Under the pieces are notes generated by a model, which saw only the letters and a list, made by a program, of their open reading frames with translations, ran no database searches and was not told the DNA's origin. A stretch of DNA of 64,000 nucleotides from Parasitella parasitica NRRL 2501 (lineage: Eukaryota; Fungi; Mucoromycota): positions 1 through 64,000 of the forward strand of contig MU619387.1 in the NCBI GenBank assembly GCA_025201805.1. Reading direction: 5' to 3'. The number at the start of each line of letters is the position of its first letter. Positions within the stretch are counted from its first letter, which is position 1. The position numbers were made by a program, and so were the translations under genes. Shown here one piece after another: positions 1-13,727 of the stretch.

Positions 1-98
1 AGCAAATCAAAGCCTGTCTTATGCCCCATAAAAACAGGCATAATCATCGCTATCTGAGCATAACTTGATTTCCATTGGGCAATGTCTCTATCAAAGGT
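1..98 (-). repeat. Dispersed repeat, module A, inverted copy (runs off the window start)
   Basis: Reverse complement of 1-98 matches ACTTTTGATAGAGACATTGCCTAGTGGAAATCAAGTTATGCTCAGATAGCGATGATCATGCCTGTTTT at ~41251 and ~25911. Confidence 0.85.
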
Positions 99-560
99 TT
101 TTTTGTTTTTTGTGTCGGAGTTTGAAATAAATCACGTGTTTTTGTTTTTTCTTTCAGGTGGCATTTTAGGGATGTTACTGAAACTGACGAAGCTATAATG
201 TGATTTCTCATTTTGGTTCATGGATCGTAAAACCAAATTTTAAATCACTAGAAGCTCATCTTTTGAATTGAACATCATCGGATCATTATATATTTATATT
301 TCAGCACAGCTTTTGGATTTGATATAGGGCTTTGTATTTAAATTGACTGGGAAAAAGTTAACTTAATAAAGTGTATAGGTTTTATACACTTTTGTATTTC
401 ATATTAATCACAATCGTTACTATTTTCCAATGAAAAGATATCCAAGGTCTTTCAACTTGATGGACCTTGGCTGACATTTTTAACCTTGAGTAAATTTCGA
501 AGAGTCATAACTGTAATCCTTTCCCCTTTTTTTATTCTATTTTTTATTGCAAGGATATAT

Positions 561-850
561 ATAGCATGCCAAATATTTTACAAGTCTGTAGAATATAATG
601 TATCTGTAGCTAGTATCATAAATATAAGTATATGTTTTGTAGTGAGTATCTGGAAACTGAGAATACATATCTGAAGCATAGATATCTTGTATGGCATAAG
701 CTCGTAGCACATAATAAATGTAATAAATGTCTAAGAATTGTGTCAAGATATAAGCATAAGTCTATCGCGTCATCCTTCCTAATGGTGCTATCTTTAGCGT
801 ACACCTTATTAGTATAAATCAGAATTGTACATCGTGTTAACTGTGCGCAT
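561..850 (+). repeat. Dispersed repeat, module B
   Basis: Colinear with 41755-42043; shared blocks include ACAAGTCTGTAG, TATCTGTAGCTAGTATCAT, GCATAAGCTCGTAGCA, GCGTCATCC, TTGTACATC and TTAACTGTGC. Confidence 0.85.
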
Positions 851-1157
851 TGTAGTCTATATCAATTTAAAGGTGACTGGATGTACCTAGAAGTGGAATG
901 CAGTTCCTTGTAGTGAATGTATTTCACATTTATACATAATATAACACCTTAGTCAAATAGATCAGCAGTTGGTAATTTAATAAACGTGTTTTTGCTAAAT
1001 TGGATTCAAAGCTTAGGTTTGAAGGCGATGACCATTGAAACCTAGTGTAACGATGACTTTTGTAAAATCAAATGACCAACCTGTATTCTTGCATGAACAT
1101 ATAAATTTCCATATCATTAAAAACTTCATTTCACTTTCTGTCCTAATTAATTAAAAA

Positions 1158-3215
<2,058 letters not shown>

Positions 3216-3271
3216 AATATATTCATGTGTTTCTGGATAACACCTTTTTTTTATTTTATTTTATTTACTTA

Positions 3272-5202
3272 TTATAAACATGAACCAAACAATGCGGATT
3301 CTTTCTTTTCTAAACTTCTTGCTATTTCTGTTCTTAACTTCTTGATCTTTTTTAAATCAAACAAGGAAGGATCAATAGAAGATGCATTTTTCCTGATCTG
3401 TTGAACCTTCGTAGTTGTAGTCACCGATCCATTGCTGGATGCAATTGTGGAGGTTTCAATCTTCGAAGGCGCAACTTCCTCCATAACAGCGTCTTCTTTG
3501 GCTGGCATTAATGCATTCATTTTTGCTTGCTGAATTGTGAAGCCGATAGCTTGGGCATTCATACGAACCAATGTAGGGCAGGGGTTACAACATCCAATGA
3601 CACCACTTGAATCCAAAGGCATGCGTTCAACAAGCGCCATCAACATATGGTTAGGTAAAACATAGCGACACGATTCATCCTCGTCTCTTGCAGTGTGATC
3701 ACGCCAATGATGCAAAGCTTTGAATACGGATAGTTGCTGAGGATTCATGGTGTATTTCCATTTAGCCAGCATATTCTTCCAACCACCGGGACCGAGTCCG
3801 TTTTCAGCATCGTACACCTCCTTTTCGTATTTTTGAAGAGCAACTTCGTTAGATCGTTGCAAGCAAATCTTTACCAAGTTGCCATCTTCAGAGCTAGATT
3901 TTTCCAGAAGCTCGTTGCGAAGGCAATCATAAATATACAGTAAAAAGTGGGTGTCTGAACGAGCGTAACTCAGCATCTCCTCTGGTAGAGGCCTAATTCT
4001 CCAATCTGCCAATTGATACTTTTTGTCGGCATCAAAATTGCAATATGTCTTGAGGAGATAAGCGAGGCTATGGTGGGGGAAATCAAGGACTTTTGTAGGA
4101 AAGTATGTGTCAAATAGATTGACAATATACAACCCAAAATCTCTTTGCAGCCAAATGACATCAGAGTCAGCACCATGCAGCACCTTGACAATCTCGGGAT
4201 TAGCGAAATACTCATTCAGCATCCACAGTTTATCTCGCAATTCCAATGTATCAATCACGAAATCGTCGTCGCGAGTGCTCAATTGCATCAAACAGGTGAA
4301 GCCTTGATAACTGCGGTAATTGTGGTGTTCGAGATCGACTGCTATTTCTTCATGTCCTTCCAAGCGCTTCATCATGTCCAGTAAACTTTCCTCTGTATCA
4401 ACCCAGGTTGGAGAAGTGGTATCGAAGGGCTTATACATCTCTGGCTCAGCTACTGTAAACATGCTTTTAGGATATTCGATGTGCGAAATCTCGTATTCGT
4501 AAGGATGGGGGAGTGATTTGTCTTCGGCTACTAAAGTCGAATCGAGTGGAACTAACGCATGGGGCTTGTATTTGATTTTTCTCTCAAATGGTATCAAGCT
4601 AGAGTTGTTAACCGCATCCTTAAACTTCATCTGAGGTCTGACTACGTTGTTTGCGTGCAAGAATTTATACTCCAACTTGTCCTATAACAAGGTAACTTGT
4701 CAATTGGATGTTTCCCGACAAAAAAACAACCTGAAGCCATTACCTTTGTTGCAATCTGCGTCACTTCAGGATTATCTTGTTTAAAGTCTTCTTGTGTAGA
4801 TTTACCGTTGATCTCATCCAGACAATGGTCCTACGTTGCATAGATGAGTTTATGGCCATATTTTTTAACCCTCGATTTACTTACAGCTTTTTCTAATAAT
4901 CCATCACATACGTCGATGGCAGCACCATATCGTTCCACAACATCATCCACATCGCCAAAGCTTTTAACCACAAGTCCACAGTCGGTGGCACAATGGTGTA
5001 GTAAAGCATTACCAATGGATAATGAACTTGCACCAGCCTGATCAAGGTCTTTGGCGAATTGTCTGTCAAGAGATCTGAAGAAACCCCATTCTTCAGTGGG
5101 GATACTATTTGCGGCGGCTGTAGCAGCTAGCAAGGACTTGAATAAAGAGCCTTGGTAGCCTGCAAAGTCCTTGATAGGGTCAGGAATATCTTGTGAAGCC
5201 AT
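3272..5202 (-). CDS. RRP6: Nuclear exosome 3'-5' exoribonuclease Rrp6 (PMC2NT, DEDDy exonuclease, HRDC); exons 4885-5202, 4744-4830, 3272-4681
   Basis: IAVDLEHHNYRSYQGFTCLMQLSTR, HGADSDVIWLQRDFG, YQLADWRIRPLP, YARSDTHFLLYIYD and the HRDC WRDHTARDEDES; both GT-AG introns keep frame. Confidence 0.95.
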
Positions 5203-5512
5203 AACGATGTAAAAGAAGTGCATCTGTGAAAATTTATTTATCTGCTTTTTTTTTTTTTTTTTTTTTTTAAGGCTTTAATTAGTTTATTCGTTTTTTTTTA
5301 ACTGTTGGATATAACGATGTTGCTGGTTGGAAAAGATTAGAGTAAGAAATCGACATAATTTATTCCTGGAATTTCTTGTTTTCAACTAGCGAGTGGCTTT
5401 TTGATAACATTGTAACCTAGGCTACCACCAGCATTTAGTGGTGGTATCTAAGTCAATCGATTCTAAACGCACTGATCATTACAGATAAGAATATCTTGAG
5501 TATTCCCTTGTT

Positions 5513-5534
5513 ATATATATATATATATATATAT
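5513..5534. repeat. (TA)n microsatellite
   Basis: Seen directly. Confidence 0.9.
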
Positions 5535-5738
5535 GTAATGATGTAACTTCTTGAGCGTTTTATGTTTATTTATAGTCATTAGCAACATTTTCTTTAAAAA
5601 TACAGTCTTTCATGCAACATTGCACGTCTCGGATGAGTGTCACCCGAAGTTTCCTCAATCAACAGAGAGCATAGATATCCCAGAACTTTAAATCGCCTTT
5701 CTTCCTCTCTATTGTATTTCACTAAGCAATAAACGCAA

Positions 5739-8457
5739 ATGCGACAGACAGCAGCCGAGGGTTTCTGGCTCAAAGAAAACAAGCACCCTTTTGTGTTTGA
5801 AAATCCTTTGGGAGATGTATTCAAGATAATGATTATAAGCAGCAATGTAATTCGCATAAGGTACCTGACTCAGGCGGAGAATACTCTCGAGAAACAAGAG
5901 CCATACGAGAGCTTTGAGCTTGTCGATAATGAAAGCCATTATGAAATCAGCAGTCTGTTGAGGGAAGATGGCAAAGAAGAGATGGAAATCGAAACAGCAA
6001 GCATACGCCTTGTTGTTATGCTAAAGCCAGCGTTTCAGTTAAGCTGGTATGCGTCGTCTAGCAAAGAAAACCTACCATTTGCTCAAGACTTGGCCTATCG
6101 CTCCTATGTATATGATAAAACAAACGCAAACAAGTGGCACTATCAAAAGAGATTTCAGGACACTCTGTACTATGGATTGGGTGAGCGATCTGGCTCCTTG
6201 GATTTGGCCGGTCGACGGTTTGAACTGGAGAGGTTAGACTGTATGGGATATGACGCTGAAACATCTGATCCTTTATACAAGTTTTGTCCTTTTTACCTCA
6301 GCCTATCAAAGCAAACAAAAGAAGCATATGGCATATACTACAACAATTTCTCAAGGACTTCAATTAATCTAGGACAGGAACTGGACGCGGTATGCTAGCA
6401 GAACACATCTAGTAATGAAACCAGCTTCTGATATGATATTTGATATGTAGATATGGGGACCGTACACATATTATCACAGTGATTCAGGGCCGCTAGATTA
6501 CTACATGATCTATGGCCCATCTGTGTCTTCCGTTGTCAAAAACTATTCTCTAATCACCAGCCGTCCTCGACACCTTCCTCCTCGCTATTCGCTTGGATAT
6601 TTGGCGTCGTCTATGGGCTATGCAGAAGCAGAGGATGCCCAATCCAAGTTGGAAGAATTTGCAGACAATCTTCGCAAAAACGATATACCATGCGATGGTC
6701 TACATCTTTCTTCGGGCTACACAGTTAACAAGGATGGAGATCGCTGTGTATTTGTTTGGAATTCAACCCGTTTTCCTGACCCGGAAAAACTGGCCGAAAA
6801 GTTCAATCGCTGGGGCATTCAGATATTTGCAAACATCAAGCCATGGCTGTTGCAGCAAGCACATCCACACTTTGATCAATTGAAAAATGATAAAGGGTTT
6901 ATCTGGAATGGAGACGAGGATGAGCCAGGCACGGTGATGCAATGGCGAGGTGGGCGCAATACAATGGGTAAAGCAAGCTACGTTGATTTTTCCAGCCAAG
7001 CAGGATACAGTTATTGGAAATCGAATGTAAAGTCTCAACTCTTGGACAAAGGCTATCGATTATGGTTGGACAACAACGAATTTACGTTACCTGACGATGG
7101 TTATAAATTTGCTTGCAGTGTCCCACCCGATGGGTTTAGCAACCTGCTCGACTCCAATGTCATGTTTTTATCCGGTCCTAATATACCCAAGGAACCCACT
7201 GCAGCCAAAGACGTGGGTACAACATTACAAACTCTCCTCATGATACAAGCATCCTATGAGGCAGTTTTGGAGCATGCTCCAAATCAGCGGCCCTTCTTAA
7301 TTACTCGATCAGCTACGCCTTACAGCAACGAATTAGTCTCACAGACCTGGAGTGGCGATAACACGACTGCCTGGAAGACTATCAAGTATAATATTCCTAT
7401 GGGTTTAGGTGCTGGTCTTTGCGGTATGCCTGCTGGTTATGGACATGACGTTGGCGGATTTGCTGGACCTAAGCCTGATCCAGAAATGTTTGTACGCTGG
7501 GTTCAGCAAGGCGTCTTTTGGCCACGATTTTCTATCCATTCATGGAATTCAGACGATTCCGTCACAGAGCCATGGATGGTATGTTGTTATTGATGGGGGG
7601 AGTTGAGTTTGAGTCTAATTATGTGTATATAGTATCCTCAAGTTACTCCAACAATCCGCTCGTCTATCCATTTTAGATACAAGATCATCCCTTATATATA
7701 CACTCTGTACGTGCAACATGCGTTTCGAGAGGGCGAGCCCTTAGTTCGACCCGTATTTTACGAAAATCAACATGATACTGCGACTTATAATCAGGAGTTT
7801 GACTTTATGCTAGGTCCGTCACTGTTGATTGCGCCAGTCTACGAGCCTAATGTTACTATGCGAAGTGTGTATTTGCCATCCAATTCATCGTGGTACCACT
7901 ATCAGACAGGCAAGTACTATAGCACTGACGAGAAGGGAGAATTTGTACAAGTTCCTGCGGCAATTACAGATGAGGCAGCTCCCTTCTTTGTTAAGGCAGG
8001 ATCTATGATGTGCTTTGGGAAAGTGATGAATAATGTGCATGCTTCAGAGGACGATGAACGCCGAGTGCAGATTTTCCCTGAACGCTTCGATGCAAATACA
8101 AAGCATGTAAATGGTAAAACAGAAAGAAAGACATTTATATTGTTTGAAGATGATGGTGATACTCTATATCATGAAACTGGACGAGCGTTTGCTGAAATAC
8201 ACATTTGGATGGAAACTAGTGAAACTGAAATTCATGTTGGTATGGATATTGTAAATGATGGGTTCTTTCCCTACTACGACACTGTTTGGGTGACATGTCC
8301 TATCGCCAGTGAAACACGAAAGTTGGTATTTGAAGGTCAAGACGATGAAAACGAATATAACGATAGCAGCAGCATCAAGCGTGTCGTTGATGACAAAACT
8401 CTTCATGTCTATACCGGTCTAAAACTAAATATCAGGAAAGGGAAGTTTATGAATTAG
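5739..8457 (+). CDS. GH31 alpha-glycosidase, Aec37-like, no signal peptide; introns ~6390-6450 and ~7579-7632
   Basis: YGLGE, DPLYKFCPF, LSSGY, FPDP, nucleophile region WLDNNE, WSGDN, acid/base GHDVGGF, VRWVQ and FMLGPSLLIAPV. Confidence 0.9.
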
Positions 8458-9138
8458 CCGATTCATGCATATTTATCGTGCATTTTCACTATTTCATTGA
8501 AAACAGCTAAAAACTGTAGATTTGGGCGATTAAATCATTCTTCTTCAAAGAATTGCAAACCATTTTACCTTTTGCTAAATTTAAGGTGAAAATGATATAC
8601 ACATTGAATTTCACAGCATGTGCCAAATACTGTTTATAATAAACCCTCTAGACTCGTTGTGAAATCAGTACCAAATCAATAAGGATATGCTTATCTGTGT
8701 CTTCAAGATTGCCTTGAATGAGTCTTTACGTGCTTGAATGTTGCCAATCAAAAAAGGCAGCATACAGTAAACATGTGTGTTTAGCTTTTATGAGTCTCGT
8801 TTTTGGACTTTGATTAGATGAATCGTGCCCATATAGCTTTTTATACTGGTTGCGCTTGATCAAGAAGCAAGCAGCCAAATAAAATGCACAGATTTTATGT
8901 GTTTTTGTTTCGTGAAAGGTCGCAACAGGATACTCAATATTTATAGTATTCAGATCATTAAAATGTCATTGCAAAGAAGCAGCTTTCATAATTTTTATAA
9001 TATGTTTATATTTAATGGATAGGAATACAAGAGCGAAAATCTGTGTACAATACAAGGAAGGGAAAAAAGTATATGAATAAAATAAGAATGAAAATGAAAA
9101 AGTCTGTGTGCGTGTGTATGTGTGTGCTTTTTTTTTTG

Positions 9139-12100
9139 TTAGTAATTATCACCAACCCATTGACGAGCATTACGGAACATCTTTAACCAAGGACCAACTT
9201 GACCCCAGTTATTATCTGCAGGATACCAAGAGTTACTTTCCTTCAAGACAACACGCTCAGGATGAGGCATCATGATCAAAACTCGGCCGTCAGGAGAAGT
9301 AGCCGCAGCGATACCTTGGGGAGAGCCATTGGGATTGAAAGGATATTGCTGAGTAACCTTGCCATAGTTATCCACGTAACAAGTAGCAGTAAGGCCTTGG
9401 GCATTGAATTGCTCAGCCTCAGCATCTGATTTGAAGGTAGCTTTGCCCTCACCGTGAGCAACAGCAATAGGCAAGATGGAGCCTTCCATACCCTTCATGA
9501 AAATAGAGCTACTGGTTTGAATTTGAAGAAGGGAGGTACGACCTTCAAATTGCTCAGATTCGTTACGAGCGAAACGAGGCCAGCATTCAGCACCAGGCAC
9601 AAGTTCAGCCAATTGGCTCAAGAACTGACAGCCATTACAAACGCCCAAGGAGAAAGTATTGGGGCGAGCAAAGAAATCAGCAAATTCCGCACGGGCACGG
9701 GCATTGAGTAAGATGGTACGGGCCCAGCCTGAGCCGGCGCCCAGAACATCACCATATGAAAATCCACCGCAGGCAGCAATACCAATAAACTCCTTTAGAG
9801 TGACCTTACCAGAAATAATGTCAGTCATATGCACATCAATAGCCTCAAAACCAGCCAAGCTGAAAGCAAAAGCCATTTCGATCTGACCGTTAACACCCTG
9901 ATCACGCAAAATGGCGACCTTGGGACGATTAGTCTCATTAGCGACGAATTCCTCTGCAGGGTCGAATGTCAATTGATATTGAAGACCTGGATCAGCAGCA
10001 TCCAAAACGCTATCATATTCTTGCTGAGCACAGACAGCGTTATCGCGAGAGGATTGCATCAAGTAAGATGTCTTGGACCAAGCACGGAAAAGATCGATAC
10101 GAGAAGCGCTGTACAAAGTCTCTGTACCCAAACTGAAGCTGATAGTATCTTTGGTATCATGCTCAATGACAGAACCCAGTTTGCGCAAAGCAGAGGTGGG
10201 AACACCGGCTTGGCTCATCAAATTGGCAAATTCATCAAATCGAGCAGTTTCAATTTGCACTACAGCACCCAACTCTTCATTATACAATGCAGAGACTGCG
10301 TCCTTGTCACAGATTTGGTCGAGCTGAATTTGAGCACCAACGTGACCAGCAAAGCACATTTCAGTAATGGTAGCAAACAAACCGCCATCAGAACGATCAT
10401 GGTAGGCCAAAACCAAAGGCTCGCCAGCAACCTCCTTGGCACGTTGCATTCCATTAAAGAAGCTCTTGAGTAAGAGAGCATCTTCGACATCAGGGGCTTC
10501 ATGGCCAATTTCCTTGAATACTTGTGCCAAGGCAGAGCCGCCCATACGTTGCATACCGTTAGCCAAATCAATCAAAACTAATTCAGTGTTGGGCTTGTTG
10601 ACGAGTTGAGGGGTCAAGGTGGTGTGGTTGTTGACAACAGTGCCAAAAGCAGTGATGATCAAAGACAACGGAGCGGTGACTTCATGGGCCTTATCATCTT
10701 GCCACTTCATTTTCATAGACATGGAGTCCTTGCCAACGGGGATGGCAATGCCAAGCTTGGGACAGAGATCAAGACCAATGGCTTGGACAGCGTCGTACAA
10801 ACCAGCACCTTCGCCAGCATGGTCAGCAGCGCACATCCAGTTGGCGGACATAATCACATCCTCAATATTACCGACATGAGCAGCCGCTAGATTAGTCAAT
10901 GACTCACCAACAGCCATGCGAGCAGATGCAGCTTGAGATATCAGAGCAATTGGAGTGCGCTCACCCATGGCCATAGCCTCACCGGTGATGATATCCATAC
11001 CTAAAGAGGAGGTGGTAACAGCTACATCGGCAACAGGCACTTGCCATGGACCAACAAATTGGTCGCGGGCAACCATAGCAGTAATGGAACGATCGCCAAT
11101 AGTGACCAAGAAAGATTTGGAAGCAACAGCAGGCAAATGCAGGACACGAGAGGCAGCTTCAGCGAGAACATCATGTTGGCCAGGTAAGTAGGTTTGGAGA
11201 GTAGTATCAAAGGGTCTGCGGAAGGGAGACTGTGTAATGGTTTTGCGGGACATCTTGGGGGGTTTACCGAACAAGACGGGCATGGGTAAATCAATAGGCA
11301 CATTATTCAAGAGGGTATCACGAACAACAAGACGCTTTTCACTAGTAGCAGTGCCCACCACGGCATAGGGACAACGTTCACGAGCACAGAAGGCTTCAAA
11401 TTGAGCCAATTTGTTAGGAGAGATAGCCAAGACATAACGCTCTTGAGATTCATTGCACCAGATAGCCATGGGTGACATGGAGGCGTCATCGCAGGGGACA
11501 CGACGTAAATCGATATCTGCACCGAGATCGCTATCATGTACAATTTCAGGCAAGGCATTGGAAAGACCACCAGCGCCAACATCGTGAATAGACTGAATAG
11601 GAGTGTCTTCTCCAAGAGCAGTACAGCGATCGATAACTTCTTGAGCACGGCGTTCCATTTCAGGGTTTTCACGCTGAACAGAAGCGAAATCCAAATCAGC
11701 ACTGGATTGACCGGAAGCCATGGAAGAGGCAGCACCGCCACCAAGGCCAATCAACATGCCAGGGCCGCCCAGCACAACAAGATGAGCACCGGGAGAAATA
11801 GGCTTTTTGAATACATGAGTAGGACGGACAGTTCCAACGCCACCAGCAATCATGATAGGCTTATGGTAGCCGCGCACTTCAGATGTTGTTTCAGTGACAG
11901 GCACAGTTTCGGCAAACGTACGGAAATAACCAGTCAAGGCAGGACGACCAAACTCATTGTTGAAAGCAGCACCACCCAAAGGTGCTTCCATCATAATGTC
12001 GAATGCAGAGGCAACGTGTCCAGGCTTGCCAAAATCTGTTTCCCAAGGTTGGATGTTATCGGGGATCAATAGATTGGACACTGTGAAACCAACAAGACCA

Positions 12101-13277
12101 GCCTTGGGCTTCGAACCTTGACCAACAGCACCTTCATCACGGATTTCACCACCTGAACCAGTGGAAGCACCAGGAAAGGGGGAAACCGCAGTAGGGTGGT
12201 TATGGGTTTCGACCTAGATATGTGTATTAGGCCTCATACAATCCCTCTCTCTCTCTCTCTCTCAACCTCAACCTCAACCTAACTTACCTTTGCAAGATAA
12301 TGGACTTGTTCCTCAAAATGCTCATATCTGTTCCCTTCATTTGAATTAGGAGCAAAGCGAGTTGCATTAAAGCCCTTGAGTACAGCAGCGTTGTCAGAAT
12401 AGGCAGATAAAGTAGCATTGGGGTGTAATTTGTGAGTGTTGCGAATCATCCCAAAAAGAGAATGAGGCTTCAGCTCGCCATCGATAGTCCAATCAGCACC
12501 GAAAATCTTGTGGCGACAATGTTCAGAATTGACTTGAGCAAACATGAACAGCTCGACATCGGTAGGGTTACGCTGGAGGCCAATTTGACCGTCTTTACCG
12601 CCCACAAAGGCATCGATCAAGTAGTCGATTTCGTCGTTGGCAAGAGCTAAACCCAAAGTCTTGTTTGCAACCACTAGTTTGTTGCGAGCATCTGCGTTAT
12701 CGGCACTCTGCGAGAGCAAATCAACCACTGTTAGGGGCGCAGGAGTGCCGTGATGAAAGACAGATTCGGGTTCGGGTATAGTCAGCTTGACGTTTTGTGT
12801 CATACGGTCGTGAATCAGATCTGCAATGGATGACAGCTCGATCTCAGAGAGCTGGGAGCCATCTTCCTTTGCAATGCGATAAGCGACACCGCGCTCAATG
12901 CGTTCTACTTGGTCATACAGATTGCAGAGATGGGCAATGTTGGTAGCCTTGGAGGACCAAGGAGAAATGGTACCAGCGCGAGGAACAACGAGCACAATGG
13001 AGGCGTCGCCAGGTTGCTGATTGCTTGACAAAAAGGCAACGATGGACGCCTCATCTTGAGCATCGATAGGGTAATAGCCATATGTCAGCAAGTTTCGCAA
13101 AATCTGTCCTGATTCCAAAACGGCGGCCAAACTATCTTGTTGACCTTCTCTGGGCTGAACAAAATGGACATGCAGGGCCGAGATGGAGACAGCCAAAGGC
13201 ACAGTTTTTTGGACAGCTTTCAAAACACTTGCACTCTTGAATGTAGAAAGAGCGGAAGTGCCAGAAAGAACCAACAT
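9139..13277 (-). CDS. ADE6: Phosphoribosylformylglycinamidine synthase (large PurL); intron 12214-12287
   Basis: [10 protein letters not shown], spliced [54 protein letters not shown] and MMPHPER. Confidence 0.97.
12245..12280. repeat. (CT)n plus CTCAAC repeats inside the ADE6 intron
   Basis: Seen directly. Confidence 0.85.
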
Positions 13278-13727
13278 GATGATTGTTTTATTTAGTTTTT
13301 TTTTAGTAGAGTAAAGAGATAAACTAAAAGTTGAAGAAAGATGTAGCTCATCTACTTTTTTTTTTTTTTTTTCTATGCATGTTTGAATCGATGTCAGGTC
13401 AAAAATACAAGTCCCAATGAGTCAAACAGATGGTTTTGATGTGGGGGAGGTACAAGACGTCTATGCCCTTTTTATTGGAGGAGCCAAGCGCCATAATTAG
13501 GATTGGGAAAGATATGGGGGGCGTAATAGAAAATGTCGCCAACTTATTCATAGAAGAGGGTGTAAGGGTAGGGGGGCGCCGTACGTCAAACAGCATTCAA
13601 GCAAGCTGATAAATGTACTAATAATGACATCGTTTGGGTTATCGTGTTTGGTATAAATGCATCAGCCCCACCCGGCCTTTCTCTCTGTCCCTTTTCTCCT
13701 CTTTTCTTTTATTCTGTCTCCTTCCCA
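13278..13727. promoter_or_regulatory. Divergent ADE6/Dicer promoter with a TGAGTCA (Gcn4/CpcA/AP-1-type) site at 13418-13424
   Basis: Head-to-head ATGs 450 bp apart; exact TGAGTCA; poly(dT) at 13356-13372; TATAAA at ~13652 before a pyrimidine-rich leader. Confidence 0.5.

Noticed and set aside
486-817. Four short overlapping ORFs
   Set aside because: They lie in non-coding repeat module B and have no protein-like features.
9199-12650. Long antisense ORFs opposite ADE6 (and opposite the flippase, PP2A-A and Mid2-like genes)
   Set aside because: Expected shadow ORFs from biased codon usage; no motifs.
13558-13576. G-quadruplex in the Dicer promoter
   Set aside because: Only three separable G-runs, not a canonical four-run motif.
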